DNA of 50,782 nucleotides, taken from IMG/VR virus record IMGVR_UViG_3300037607_000006, positions 1 through 50,782 of that record; one strand, 5' to 3'. Within the stretch, counting starts at the first letter, position 1; the number at the start of each line of letters is the position of its first letter. A program made the translations under genes and the position numbers. Under the pieces are notes generated by a model, which searched no databases, was not told where the DNA came from, and worked only from the letters and a program-made list of their open reading frames with translations. The stretch comes from a virus (lineage: Duplodnaviria; Caudoviricetes). Below, in pieces: positions 24,099 to 34,500 of the stretch.

Positions 24099-26692
24099 AA
24101 GTCTGCTTACGCCCTCGCCTCTCGCAACTCTCGCCCACGAACGGCATAGGCCGCGTCGCCTACGCGCAGTACCGCGACTTGCCTAAGTATGGGATCGAGT
24201 TCGTTGACGATCCGGCCGAGGCGGATATTTGCGCGGGGCATACGGACGTCTACGACATGCCGCGTATCGATGTACTGCATTGTCACGGGCTATACTGGAC
24301 TGGCGACATTGACAGCGGCGTTTACACATCATACGCAATCAAGGCGAATCAGGCCATTGCTAACGCGGCGCGGCTGGCGCATACGATCACGGTGCCAAGC
24401 GATTGGGTTGCAATGCCCTTCAAACGAGATATGCGCATCAATCCGATCGTCATCGGGCACGGCATCGACTTTGAGGCGTGGAAGCCTGCCGAGTCGGTAT
24501 CTGACTTCGTGCTATGGAACAAGAACCGCGTGATGGATGTCTGCCGGCCCGATGCGCCTTTCGAGTTGGCGAAGCGCGGTATACAGGTTGTCAGCACCTA
24601 CGGGCCCGAAGGCGTGACATGGCCGCAGACATTGATGGTTATTGGCAAGCAAGACGCCGTTTGTATGCGCGATTTCGTCATGCAGGCGTCGGTGTATCTC
24701 AGCACGACAAAAGAGACATTCGGCATCGGCACGCTTGAAGCAATGGCTTGCGGCGTGCCAGTCGTCGGCTGGGACTATGGCGGCACGTCGCAGATCGTGA
24801 CGAGCGGCTATGATGGCATCCTGGTCAAACCGGGCGACTATGACGCCCTAGAAGCCGCCGTGCATGAGGCGAAACGCCGCAGGATCGATTTTGGCAAAAA
24901 TGCGCGTGAGACAGCGCGACGTTACGACTGGTCAAACGTCATCCGGCAATATGCGCGGCTCTATGAGATGGTGCTGGCGCAGAAGCGCAACGAGCAGCAT
25001 GGCGTTAGCGTGATCGTCACCAACTACAACTACGGCGCTTTCGTAGGAGAGGCGATTAAGAGTGTCATGCTCCAAACACGCCCCGCCGATGAGATTATCG
25101 TTGTAGACGATGGCAGCACGGATGAAAGTCCGAGAATAATCCTTGCGACTTTACAGGCTACGCAACCTAATCAAAAATGTCAGTTTATTACTCAGGCGAA
25201 TCAAGGCGTGGCGGCGGCACGGACAGCCGGCATCGCCGCGAGTTCGCAGCCATACCTTGTTTGCCTCGATGCTGACGATAGACTAGCACCTGAGTTCATC
25301 GAAACACTGTTGCCGGTCATCGATGCGCGGCGCGATCTCGGCATCGTCTACAGCGGTATTACGATGTTCAATGATACCGACTCTTGGCACAATGACGGCT
25401 GGCCGCCACCGTTTGACTGGGATGGGCAGACCATGCCGCACAATCCGCCGTCGAATTGCATCCCAGCGGCGTGCATGTTCAGGAAAGATATGTGGTATAG
25501 GGCTGGCCCACATCGCCAGGAATACGCGCCGGGTGAGGATGCTGAGTTTTGGACGCGCGGCCTGTCAGTCGGCTTCACGGCGCAGCGGGTGACGGACGCG
25601 GGGCTGTTCTGGTATCGGCTGCACGGCGAGAGCGCAAGCCGCGTCAAGAAGTACAAGGCCATTGACGATCGCCTGCCCTGGATGCGCGACAAGCAATACC
25701 CATTTGCGGCTCCCGCAAAGGTGACGCCGGTCCGATCTTACAGCGATCCGAAGGTCAGCGTGATTATCCCGGTTGGGCCGGGGCACGAAAACACCGTCAT
25801 CGACGCGATTGAATCGCTGCTGGCGCAGACGATGCGCGAGTGGGAGTGCGTCGTTGTCGATGATACCGGGCTGGACAGTGGCTTGGGAATGTACCTGTTA
25901 GGCCGCTATCCATTCGCTAAGGTGCTGCTGAATCAGCAAGCACCGGGCGGCCCTGGACTGGCGCGCAATGCAGGACTAGAGCAAGCCGCCGCGCCGTTGG
26001 TAGTGTACCTCGACGCCGATGACATGCTTGTACCCACGGCGCTGGAAGAAATGCTGATTGCTCACGTCAACAGCGGCGGGCGATACATCTATACCGATAC
26101 GCTGCGCTTGTCGAAGGACGGCACGCAAGAGACGATCAAGGCCGCCGATTATAAGCAGCACATCTGGCGCGATGACGGATTGCACAGTGTGACGGCTTTG
26201 ATCCCGATCGAGTGGGCGCGGGCAACGCGCTTCAACCCAAAACTAAAGACTTGGGAAGAGGGCGATTTCTATACCCGCATGGCGATCGCGGGCTACTGTG
26301 GGCAGCACTTGGAAAGGCCGCTCTTGATCTGGCGCGACTGGACCGGCACGCGACACGCCGCGAGTAAGGCGAAGCGGGCGGCGGCGCTGCGGCATCAGAA
26401 ACAATTCGAGGGGGTTGAGATGGGATCGTGTTGTGGCGGCGACGGCGGCGCGGCAATCATCGCGGCGAAAGAAGCACTGAGCGGCATGACGATCAAGGCC
26501 GCGCCGATCAATACTGGATTGGTACGCATGGAGTTCATCGGCGATCAGTTCGGGCCAATTACCTTTTTTGGCAGCAAGGGAAAAGAGTATCGCGGCGGCA
26601 AAGAGATTGAGAACCACTTCGCAGAAGTATTGGCCGAGGATGTGAAGCGGTTGGAGTTATCGGGCAAATGGCAAGTCGTGGCGACGTTCTAG
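24095..26692 (+). CDS. trifunctional glycosyltransferase (GT4 + GT2 + GT2)
   Basis: ETFGIGTLEAMACGVPVV (GT4); VSVIVTNYNY..VVDDGSTD..LDADD (GT2); VSVIIP..VVDD..YLDADD (second GT2). Confidence 0.92.
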   Translation: MKVCLRPRLSQLSPTNGIGRVAYAQYRDLPKYGIEFVDDPAEADICAGHTDVYDMPRIDVLHCHGLYWTGDIDSGVYTSYAIKANQAIANAARLAHTITVPSDWVAMPFKRDMRINPIVIGHGIDFEAWKPAESVSDFVLWNKNRVMDVCRPDAPFELAKRGIQVVSTYGPEGVTWPQTLMVIGKQDAVCMRDFVMQASVYLSTTKETFGIGTLEAMACGVPVVGWDYGGTSQIVTSGYDGILVKPGDYDALEAAVHEAKRRRIDFGKNARETARRYDWSNVIRQYARLYEMVLAQKRNEQHGVSVIVTNYNYGAFVGEAIKSVMLQTRPADEIIVVDDGSTDESPRIILATLQATQPNQKCQFITQANQGVAAARTAGIAASSQPYLVCLDADDRLAPEFIETLLPVIDARRDLGIVYSGITMFNDTDSWHNDGWPPPFDWDGQTMPHNPPSNCIPAACMFRKDMWYRAGPHRQEYAPGEDAEFWTRGLSVGFTAQRVTDAGLFWYRLHGESASRVKKYKAIDDRLPWMRDKQYPFAAPAKVTPVRSYSDPKVSVIIPVGPGHENTVIDAIESLLAQTMREWECVVVDDTGLDSGLGMYLLGRYPFAKVLLNQQAPGGPGLARNAGLEQAAAPLVVYLDADDMLVPTALEEMLIAHVNSGGRYIYTDTLRLSKDGTQETIKAADYKQHIWRDDGLHSVTALIPIEWARATRFNPKLKTWEEGDFYTRMAIAGYCGQHLERPLLIWRDWTGTRHAASKAKRAAALRHQKQFEGVEMGSCCGGDGGAAIIAAKEALSGMTIKAAPINTGLVRMEFIGDQFGPITFFGSKGKEYRGGKEIENHFAEVLAEDVKRLELSGKWQVVATF

Positions 26693-26700
26693 GAGGAATT

Positions 26701-26925
26701 ATGGATGGCGTAACAGCTGGACGAATCGTTCACTATGTAGCATATAACAAGCGGTGTCTAGCGGCGATCGTTATCGGTGTGAATGAGGATCAGAGCGCCG
26801 ACATTGTATTGTTTACCAATCTTGAAAACGTGAATGGCGACAAGAACTTTGGACTGCAATTTCACCAAGAAATTCACGGATCAGAGAATAAAGAACCTGG
26901 AACATGGCATTGGCCTGAGCGATGA
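26701..26925 (+). CDS. hypothetical phage protein
   Basis: AGGAGG RBS; GRIVHYV..AAIV..GTWHWPER pattern. Confidence 0.65.
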   Translation: MDGVTAGRIVHYVAYNKRCLAAIVIGVNEDQSADIVLFTNLENVNGDKNFGLQFHQEIHGSENKEPGTWHWPER

Positions 26926-27197
26926 ATGCTTTAACGTTAGTGCTGTTGGTACTGGCAGTATATCGCGTGAGTGTGATGATTGCACAAGAGGAAGGGCCAT
27001 TTAGCATCATGGCATCACTGAGAGAACGAATCGATCCGAATCAGCGAACGTGGCTAGGACGCGGCCTGCGCTGCGTGGCGTGCGTTTCGTTCTGGCTGGC
27101 AGGCATCGCGGCGCTACTGATGCAAGGCACGGTCCTGGATTGGCTTGCCATCGCGGGCGGCGTGCTGGTCATTCATCGAATAGCGAGGGTGCAATGA
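26922..27197 (+). CDS. DUF1360-like membrane protein
   Basis: LAVYRVS..I..E.GPF..LR ... L.C..C.SFW. Confidence 0.7.
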   Translation: MNALTLVLLVLAVYRVSVMIAQEEGPFSIMASLRERIDPNQRTWLGRGLRCVACVSFWLAGIAALLMQGTVLDWLAIAGGVLVIHRIARVQ

Positions 27198-27351
27198 AAA
27201 CAAAGATTGTCTATTTGGGTAATCATATACTGAGATTCTATTCTATTCGACCGCATGTGGATTTTGGGCCGTTCAATATCTACGGACATCGCGGATTTAA
27301 CTTTGGCTGGTTTGGCATCAGCCTCAATCCATATCCGCACGGTGAAAACTA

Positions 27352-28491
27352 ATGGGCGTACCTGTTCTGTATGCGGGATCACTCAATAACGAATCGGGCG
27401 TGTTGGTGCCGATACCAGCGCCGGCTACGCCGCATTTTAGCGCGGCAGAGGTTGGCAATGTTGACGCCTCAACCGTCGCAGTTACATTCGATCGCGCAGT
27501 GCAGGCCGCTGAAAATGACTGGCTCTTCGGCGTGACGATCAAAGTCAACGGATCGCCCGCTTCGATGATTGCTGGCTTCCGGCAGACAAATCACGCAGTT
27601 GTCTACTACGATCTCGTGGCGGCAATTGCCAACGGCGATGTAGTGACCTGGGAATATAGCGGCGGGATCATCGTGAGCGAGGCCGACAGCACGCCGCTGG
27701 CTGATGTCACGGCGCAGACTGTGACGAATAATGTGAGCGGCGGAGGTGATCCGATTGGCGATAGCATACGAGCAAAGGCCATTGCTTATTATAAACTCGA
27801 TGAGACGCCCAGCGGCGCACGCACAAGTTCAACTGGCGTCTATTCGTTGACAGAAAACACCGATCCCGTTCCGTCTGACACGGGCAAATTGGGATTATGC
27901 GCGAAGTTTCAGGACGATCCTAATCTCTATTTCGTGCTTGAGTCATCGCCAACACTACCGGGCACACCGACCACCGACATACCAAATGGCTATACGTCCT
28001 GGGCCTGGATCAAGTGCAATCAGGCTGTTTACATTCTCGATCCGCAGTTTGGGAACTATACTGTAACATCACTTATGGTCATGTCGCCGACTGAAATAGG
28101 ATCAATCCAAGTGGGTCCAGCATCAGATGGTAATTCGATGCGCGTATTTAGTGACACATTTGGAGTAAATACCGGCAATGGATTAACCGACATCATTGAG
28201 CAGACCATCTCAATCAACGAATGGCATTTGGTCTTTGTGTGGTATGACCGCGATGCAAATTTGGGATATTTGCAGTTGGATAACCAGACTCCGGTATCTC
28301 ATGCGCCGTGGGCAGATTTGGTCGCCATGAGTACAGTCTTGCAATTGATCTCATTAGGAACAAATAACGGATCGAATAGCGTGGATACTGTATGGTGGGA
28401 CGAGATCGGAGTTTCGCAGCCGTTGACATCCGACGAACGCGCCTATCTTTACAACAGCGGCGCAGGCCGTGCGCTATTCCCAGCACCCTGA
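27352..28491 (+). CDS. virion protein with Ig/SwmB-like and LamG/concanavalin-like domains
   Basis: VAVTFDRAV..V.VNG..VTNNV; IAYYKLDE, WHLVFVWYD, DEIGV..LTSDE.AYLYN.G. Confidence 0.7.
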   Translation: MGVPVLYAGSLNNESGVLVPIPAPATPHFSAAEVGNVDASTVAVTFDRAVQAAENDWLFGVTIKVNGSPASMIAGFRQTNHAVVYYDLVAAIANGDVVTWEYSGGIIVSEADSTPLADVTAQTVTNNVSGGGDPIGDSIRAKAIAYYKLDETPSGARTSSTGVYSLTENTDPVPSDTGKLGLCAKFQDDPNLYFVLESSPTLPGTPTTDIPNGYTSWAWIKCNQAVYILDPQFGNYTVTSLMVMSPTEIGSIQVGPASDGNSMRVFSDTFGVNTGNGLTDIIEQTISINEWHLVFVWYDRDANLGYLQLDNQTPVSHAPWADLVAMSTVLQLISLGTNNGSNSVDTVWWDEIGVSQPLTSDERAYLYNSGAGRALFPAP

Positions 28492-28497
28492 GGCACT

Positions 28498-29778
28498 ATG
28501 ACACCACTCGTCAGTGTTGAGCAATTCCGGCAGGTCATGCAACTGCACCCGTTTCATTCGTGGACGCTGGCGAATGCGCAAACGCCAGTCGGCGCGAACT
28601 GCAACGATCTGATCCATGAGTACGCATGGCAAGGTGCGGACATGGCAGGCCGCGCCGACATTCGAAACGCGCTTGACGTGGCGGAGAACAAACTGCGCGT
28701 GTACCTCGGCTATTCCGTCGCTCCGCATTTCATCACTGAGCAAACGCTTATGCCGAAGTTTCATGACTGGCGGCTGCACAGGGTAGGCTACCAGGACGCG
28801 GGCGGGCGCTGGCTGGATGTGCAATTGCGCGAGAAGAAGTTGATCACGATTGGCATTGAAACGCGAACGCTGATCGGCTCGATCACCACGGCGGGCTTTG
28901 GGCTGGTCTACACCGACGACGATGGTGATGGCCTGCTCGACACGTTCACGGCGACGATCGCCACGACCGTAACTGATCCCACGCAACTGGCGCTCTACTT
29001 CGCGGCGGCCAATCGGCTCGACGCCGCGCCCGTTAGCGAACGCTGGCGCATCAATCCGGTATCGATCAACATCAGCGGCGGCATAGCGGTTATCAAGGGG
29101 CGCGCATGGCAACTCGTGAGGCCGATCTTGTACGAAGGCGTTGGCTCCTATTACGCCGATCCCGCCTATGCGCTCGATCCGTCTGACGCATCGATCTACG
29201 TGTCATCAGTTGAGGCGTACCGCTATTTCTGCGATCCGACCGGCACGACCGTGGACACGGCGCAAGCAAAACTCATTTGGGAAACGCTACCCTACCCGTT
29301 TTGGGCGACGACGCCGACCGACAACAGCCGCGATCCGGCGGCGCTGGCCACGGCGATCGCACGCTGCACGGCGCGCGACGCGGAGAGTGGCGTCATCGGC
29401 GTGGGTGAGGCGATCTACGATGCGACTACGGGCATCTGGTCAAGCGTTAATCTCACATCCTCGCGCCCGCCCGATCGGATCGAGGTCAGGTACTTCGCGG
29501 GTGATGCGCTGGTCAATAACCAGATCAATGCGTCATGGGTGACGGTCGTGTGCCGCATGGCGGCGGCAGAGTTGGGGCGGCGCGTCTCGCTCTGCCCTGA
29601 GCGCAGCAAAGAATTAGCGTATTGGCAGATCGATCGGGCCTACGCGGGCAGCGCAACCGAGGAAAAGTTTCAGGCCGCGTCGGGTGATCTCGATAATCCA
29701 TTCGGCACGCGCAACGGTCACATCTATGCATGGCACGAGATACAAGCCAAACGGTTGTTTACGGGGGTGTTGTCTTAG
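28498..29778 (+). CDS. putative head-tail adaptor/neck protein
   Basis: AL..AE.KL..YLGY, IEVRY.AG, AAAEL pattern; between head and tail genes. Confidence 0.5.
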   Translation: MTPLVSVEQFRQVMQLHPFHSWTLANAQTPVGANCNDLIHEYAWQGADMAGRADIRNALDVAENKLRVYLGYSVAPHFITEQTLMPKFHDWRLHRVGYQDAGGRWLDVQLREKKLITIGIETRTLIGSITTAGFGLVYTDDDGDGLLDTFTATIATTVTDPTQLALYFAAANRLDAAPVSERWRINPVSINISGGIAVIKGRAWQLVRPILYEGVGSYYADPAYALDPSDASIYVSSVEAYRYFCDPTGTTVDTAQAKLIWETLPYPFWATTPTDNSRDPAALATAIARCTARDAESGVIGVGEAIYDATTGIWSSVNLTSSRPPDRIEVRYFAGDALVNNQINASWVTVVCRMAAAELGRRVSLCPERSKELAYWQIDRAYAGSATEEKFQAASGDLDNPFGTRNGHIYAWHEIQAKRLFTGVLS

Positions 29779-29950
29779 AAGGTGTGCGCGTATTCCACTT
29801 TCTAATAGCCATATATTTACGAACTCTTACAGGGGATGACGAGAAGCATCTTGGACATTTAACGACAAATTTTCTATCGCCGTCTATGTAAGAAATTACT
29901 CTGGCATTAGATGATCCGCAGAATGGACATGGCAATAATGAGTTATCCAT
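29759..29950 (-). CDS. Lar-like (restriction alleviation family) zinc-ribbon protein
   Basis: LLPCPFCGS...VKCPRC...AIRKWNTR signature; AT-rich; antisense to late operon. Confidence 0.8.
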   Translation of the reverse strand: MDNSLLPCPFCGSSNARVISYIDGDRKFVVKCPRCFSSSPVRVRKYMAIRKWNTRTPSKTTPP

Positions 29951-29956
29951 ACTTTA

Positions 29957-29975
29957 ATTTTATCATAGGTGTCAA
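29957..29975 (-). promoter_or_regulatory. short-spacer promoter-like motif TTGACA-N7-TAAAAT
   Basis: cTTGACAcctaTGaTAAAAT, 6 nt before ATG 29950. Confidence 0.55.
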
Positions 29976-29977
29976 GT

Positions 29978-30478
29978 ATGACCGCGCCGTTTGACTGGAA
30001 CATCGTGATCGATAACATCGTTGCGCTGCAAGGCACGGGCGCACTCGTGGGTAGCGGCATCCGCTTTGTGAACGCCACGCCCGACGCCGCCGACGAAGGG
30101 CCGTTGCCGATCTGCTTTCCAAGCGACGATCCCGGTGTGGTGGTGAATAGTTGGGTTAAGCAAACCAGCACTAACCCAAGCACGAAACTATTTCGCAGCA
30201 AGGCTGACTATACCCTGCACTGGATCGAGTTACAGGTAGAGATTCCGCAGGGCATCACGAATTTCAAGAAGGCGACTTATAGACCGGTCATTCGTGAGAA
30301 TGTATCGAGGATTTTCGCGGCGATTTCAGCAAACGCTGTGAATCTCGGTATTGAGTACGTTAAGCCCCTGGTCGGTTCGTTCGATTTCAATATGACTTCG
30401 CCGGCCACGGGCAAGCGTTATCTCGGCGCGACGTTCAGCGTTGAGTGTTACCAATTGGCGGATCAGACCGCCGCATAA
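29978..30478 (+). CDS. putative tail terminator
   Basis: size and position immediately before tail tube. Confidence 0.5.
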   Translation: MTAPFDWNIVIDNIVALQGTGALVGSGIRFVNATPDAADEGPLPICFPSDDPGVVVNSWVKQTSTNPSTKLFRSKADYTLHWIELQVEIPQGITNFKKATYRPVIRENVSRIFAAISANAVNLGIEYVKPLVGSFDFNMTSPATGKRYLGATFSVECYQLADQTAA

Positions 30479-30490
30479 GGAGATGGCACA

Positions 30491-30949
30491 ATGCCTCTAA
30501 CAGCGAGTACTACGGGTTCAATGAGTTGGGAGTTTGCAGAACTAGAAATGAGTACCGATGGTCCGTCAACCTGGGTCAACATCAACAGTTCGACAAACCA
30601 GGTAGACAACGTGGGCGGCGATGTAGCGACGGCTACGGCTTTCACGCACACAAGTTTCATTCCACTCGTGGGCTTCGGGCCGGCGGCGCTGCGTGAAATC
30701 AACCTCGCGGGCCTGTATACCGAGTCGAATACGGAAGCGTTTTACTTGATTCGACAGGCATACAAGCAGCGCAGTAACGTGTGGCTGCGCTTCACGCCGA
30801 AGGGTATTTCGAGCGGCAACAAGAAATACACCACGACGCAGGGCCGGATCACGAAGTTCAAAGACCCCAGCGGCAGCGCGGGTACGGCAAACTTTGTTTT
30901 GCTCCAGGCGACGTGGACCGGTTCATTCGTTGAGGAAGGGACCGTGTAG
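30491..30949 (+). CDS. major tail tube protein
   Basis: AAGGAG RBS; 152 aa beta-rich, WLRFTPKG...G.IT; precedes chaperones and tape measure. Confidence 0.7.
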   Translation: MPLTASTTGSMSWEFAELEMSTDGPSTWVNINSSTNQVDNVGGDVATATAFTHTSFIPLVGFGPAALREINLAGLYTESNTEAFYLIRQAYKQRSNVWLRFTPKGISSGNKKYTTTQGRITKFKDPSGSAGTANFVLLQATWTGSFVEEGTV

Positions 30950-30951
30950 GC

Positions 30952-31281
30952 ATGGCGATTGAGGGCAATCAGCGGGAGTTTACGAACGGTGAGCAAACGC
31001 GCCTCGTCTTGCTGAAATCCGCCGACGATCTCATGCAACGCGACATGGACGCCTTTTTCCTGGCGTATTCGCGCTACCCGCAAGGCAACACGATCGCGGA
31101 GGATAACGGCAAGGTCGTGCGCGCCGCCTTTGATGCGCGCTGGATTTCAGAACTGACGACGCCGCGCGGCCAGGTCAAGGATTCATTCGCGGTCAACGAA
31201 ATGCAACCCTGGGCGGTGCGCTGGGCGGCGATGCAGATCGACGCGGTGATCGGCAAGGCGCGCGAAATCCCAAACGGCTGA
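30952..31281 (+). CDS. tail assembly chaperone (gpG-like)
   Basis: between tube and tape measure; ends in slippery site (IPNG). Confidence 0.7.
   Translation: MAIEGNQREFTNGEQTRLVLLKSADDLMQRDMDAFFLAYSRYPQGNTIAEDNGKVVRAAFDARWISELTTPRGQVKDSFAVNEMQPWAVRWAAMQIDAVIGKAREIPNG
31269..31275 (+). other. programmed -1 frameshift site C CCA AAC
   Basis: X XXY YYZ in correct phase; the -1 frame is open from here to 31568. Confidence 0.75.
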
Positions 31282-31568
31282 TTCTCGCGTGCGCGGATTA
31301 CGCGGAACACAAGACGCAAGACGCGCCGCGAGAGTTGGAAATCTGGTTCGATTGGTCTACCTTCAACCTGCCCTATGTGACTGGCGGTCAAGCCGATCAG
31401 CCGTATGCGCTGATGCGGCGGATTCGTGCAGCGCGCAACGTCTATGAGGCAATGCATCAATTGCGCGTATCGAAAGATTGGGGCGCAATGCAGGCCGAAA
31501 TGCCGGACGCATGGCGCATTGTTGAGATGGTCACGAAACTGAGAGAGGATCGAGCGCATGGCCGATAG
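31275..31568 (+). CDS. tail assembly chaperone frameshift extension (gpT-like)
   Basis: RLILACADY...LPYVTGGQADQP in -1 frame, no independent SD. Confidence 0.7.
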   Translation, partial: RLILACADYAEHKTQDAPRELEIWFDWSTFNLPYVTGGQADQPYALMRRIRAARNVYEAMHQLRVSKDWGAMQAEMPDAWRIVEMVTKLREDRAHGR

Positions 31569-34500
31569 TGATCTAATCTTCAGTATCATCGCGCAGGATC
31601 AATACAAGCAGCAATTCGAGGAAGCCCGCGCCGCTGTGGATCGCATGACACAGGCGGAGAAGGATGCGCTTGCGCTGAAAGCGCCGGTATATGAGGCTGA
31701 AAAGAAGATCGGGGATGCGCTTAGCCAATCCACAACCGCCGCACAGAAATATGGCGACGCATTCAATGATCTCAAGCAAAAGTACATCGATGGAAAAATC
31801 CCGCAGGATGAATACATTAAGGGACTGGCCGAACTCGGTCAAAAGATGGAGGATACAAAATCTTTTGGCTCAACATTCGCGCAGACCTTAACGGGTATTC
31901 AGTCGGGAATATCGATTGCCAAAGAAGCAATCGGCGGCCTTAAAGAAGTTTGGGATTTTGCCAAGCAGGGCGCAGAGAATCAACAGATCGCCGCGTCATT
32001 CGAGCGCACGGCAAAATCGATCGGTGGCAATGCGGGCGAGATCGTATCGGCGCTGGACGCTGCGGCCAAGGGCACAGTAGACGACGAAGAACTAATGCAA
32101 GCCTCAACCCGCGCGCTGACGCTGGGCGTTGCCAAGAATGGCGACGATCTAGTTAAGGTCATGCAGTTAGCGCGATCGGCGGCGCTGGCGTTTGGCGGCG
32201 ACACGGGTCAGGCGTTTGAAACGATCAACTACGCGATCGGCAATCTCGCGCCGCGCGCGCTGAAACAGTTTGGTATTGTCGTCAATCTGAAAGAAGCCAA
32301 TGACGCTTACGCGAAATCACTAGGCGTCACGGCGGATTCGCTTACGGAAGAGCAGCAGCGGCAGGCGTTGCTTAACGCGGTGCTGGAGCAAGGTACCAAG
32401 AACTTCGGCGACATTGCTGGCGCGGCGACCACGACCGCTGAGAAAATGAAGGCCGTTGAAACGCGGCTGGCGAATATCCTAGATGTAGTGAAAGAGGTAG
32501 CGGCAACAGGCATCGGCACGGCGTTAGACATCAGCGACGCGCCGGGAAATTTCCTAAAAGCGTTTACTGAAACCGCCGCAAAGATGCGCGTTGAAGTTGC
32601 GGCGGGGCGCATGTCGGCCGTAGATTATAACAATGCCCTGGCGGGCATGGCGCAAGGGCTGCGCGATAACGGCTTTGTGCTGCCAGTCGTCACCTATAAC
32701 GCTCAACTGCTGAATACGACGATTGACGCTTCCGCAAAAGGCGCTTATGGTTTCGCGGGTGCGCTTGACGAATCAAACCGCGCCGGACGCCGCGCTGCTG
32801 ATGGCGCTGCGGCGTTGGTGATACAAGAGCAACTCCTCAAACAGGCGCAGGAAAACGCGGGGCAAGGCGCATACGCCTTCAACGGCGCGCTCGATGAATC
32901 AAACCGCGCTCTAATGCGTACCAAGGAATCGGCGGCCAATGTCACCGGGATAATGGATGAGCTCAAAGTTGGCATGGCTGGGCAGTTGCAGAATGAGTTC
33001 ACGAGTTTCAATAATAAGCAGGATGACTTGGCGACGAAGGCCGCGAAGGTCAAGGAAGAGTTAGAGAAACTACAGGCTACGCAGGGCCGCGCCATTACCA
33101 CGACGAGCAAGCACGCGCTGACATCGAATGAGGCAACGCTGGCGCAATTGCAACTCGAAAAAGCGCAGCGTGAACTAAACACAGAAACCTCGAAGGGAAA
33201 CCTAACCGCTGATGAGCAAGCCGCGCTAGAGGCAAAGGTTGCACTCAATAAGGAAAAACTAGACGGCGTTACCAAGACTCAGATCAGCAGCAGCAAACAA
33301 CTCACGGCAGCACAGCAAGCCTTGAAGGATGCGCAGGCAGAGTTAAACAACAACACCGATCCGCTGAAACAAGCCAAGTTAGCCGTTGAAGTGGATAACC
33401 TCAAAGAGAAACTAGGGCAAGCAACGGGCGCGGTAGGCAAGTATGTTGACAACTCAAAACGCATCAAAGAATTGCAGGGTCAGTACGACGAGATCACTAA
33501 AGAGGTAGAGGCAAACGCCAAAGCGCACGAGGACGCGACACGCCGGATTCTATTCGGCTATGCCGAGCAACAACTCGCCGTCGGCGGCGTGACTGAAACA
33601 GAAGCAAAGGCGCTTGACGCGCTGGCTGTGAAGTGGGGGCTGAAATCGCAAGAGGATATTAACGCGATGCAGGCGATCCGCGATGCGGCGGCGGGGCTGG
33701 CAGAGGACGGCAGCATTGATAAGTTTGTGGGCAGTTTGAGCGATTCGCTTGACACGGCGGAAGGCAAACTGACCGAGACGCAGCAGCATGTCGTTGATGT
33801 AGCGGCGGGGCTGACGCATGGTGCCCCGATCAATTTCCAAGTGGGTGCGGATACCAAGCCGGCCGAGACGGACGTAGACAACGCCAAGAAGAAGATTGCT
33901 GAAACGCCGCTTGTCATCAAAGCGCAGGTTTCTATCGGCGAACAAATCAAAGGCGCAGCGGGTGATACGCTGGCAGAACGCGCCGCGCAGGTGCGCACAC
34001 AGAACGACGCGATCAAGGGCACGACGCAGAACGTTTTCAATGCAACCGATCTGATCACCAACTACGCCAAAGATGCGATGACAAGCACGGGCAAGGTGGC
34101 CGATACCGCAACCTCTCAGGTCAATAGCCTGGCCGATAAGACTAAAGTCAAATTTGGCGATGTGAGTACCAGCGTGATCAACGCTCTCACCAACATGGCG
34201 ACCGTCGCCACAAGCGACTTGAATCAGGTGCAGAACTACATCGACAAATTGCCGACCTTCAAGGAATTTACCTACAGCATCAAGGTCAAAGGCGGCGACG
34301 ACATTCCCAGTCAGCGCGGCGCGATCGGCGGCGCGGATTACTTCGTGCCCCCTAACCCGCGTGGTGGATCGGGCGACTACTACCCAGTAATTGCCGCGCC
34401 GGGTGAGCATGTCGTGATCACGCCAGCGGGCGCAACGGGGCAAAGCGCGAAGCCGGGACAGGCACAGACCAACGTTACCAACAACAACACATATAACCTG

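Noticed and set aside
19579-26692. DNA hypermodification as the main reading of the GT cluster
   Set aside because: No hydroxymethylase, TET/JBP, kinase or phage DNA polymerase was recognised and the cluster is in the late structural operon; not fully excluded
31269-31275. Frameshift as a novel recoding event
   Set aside because: Standard gpG/gpGT tail chaperone frameshift; listed as a feature only
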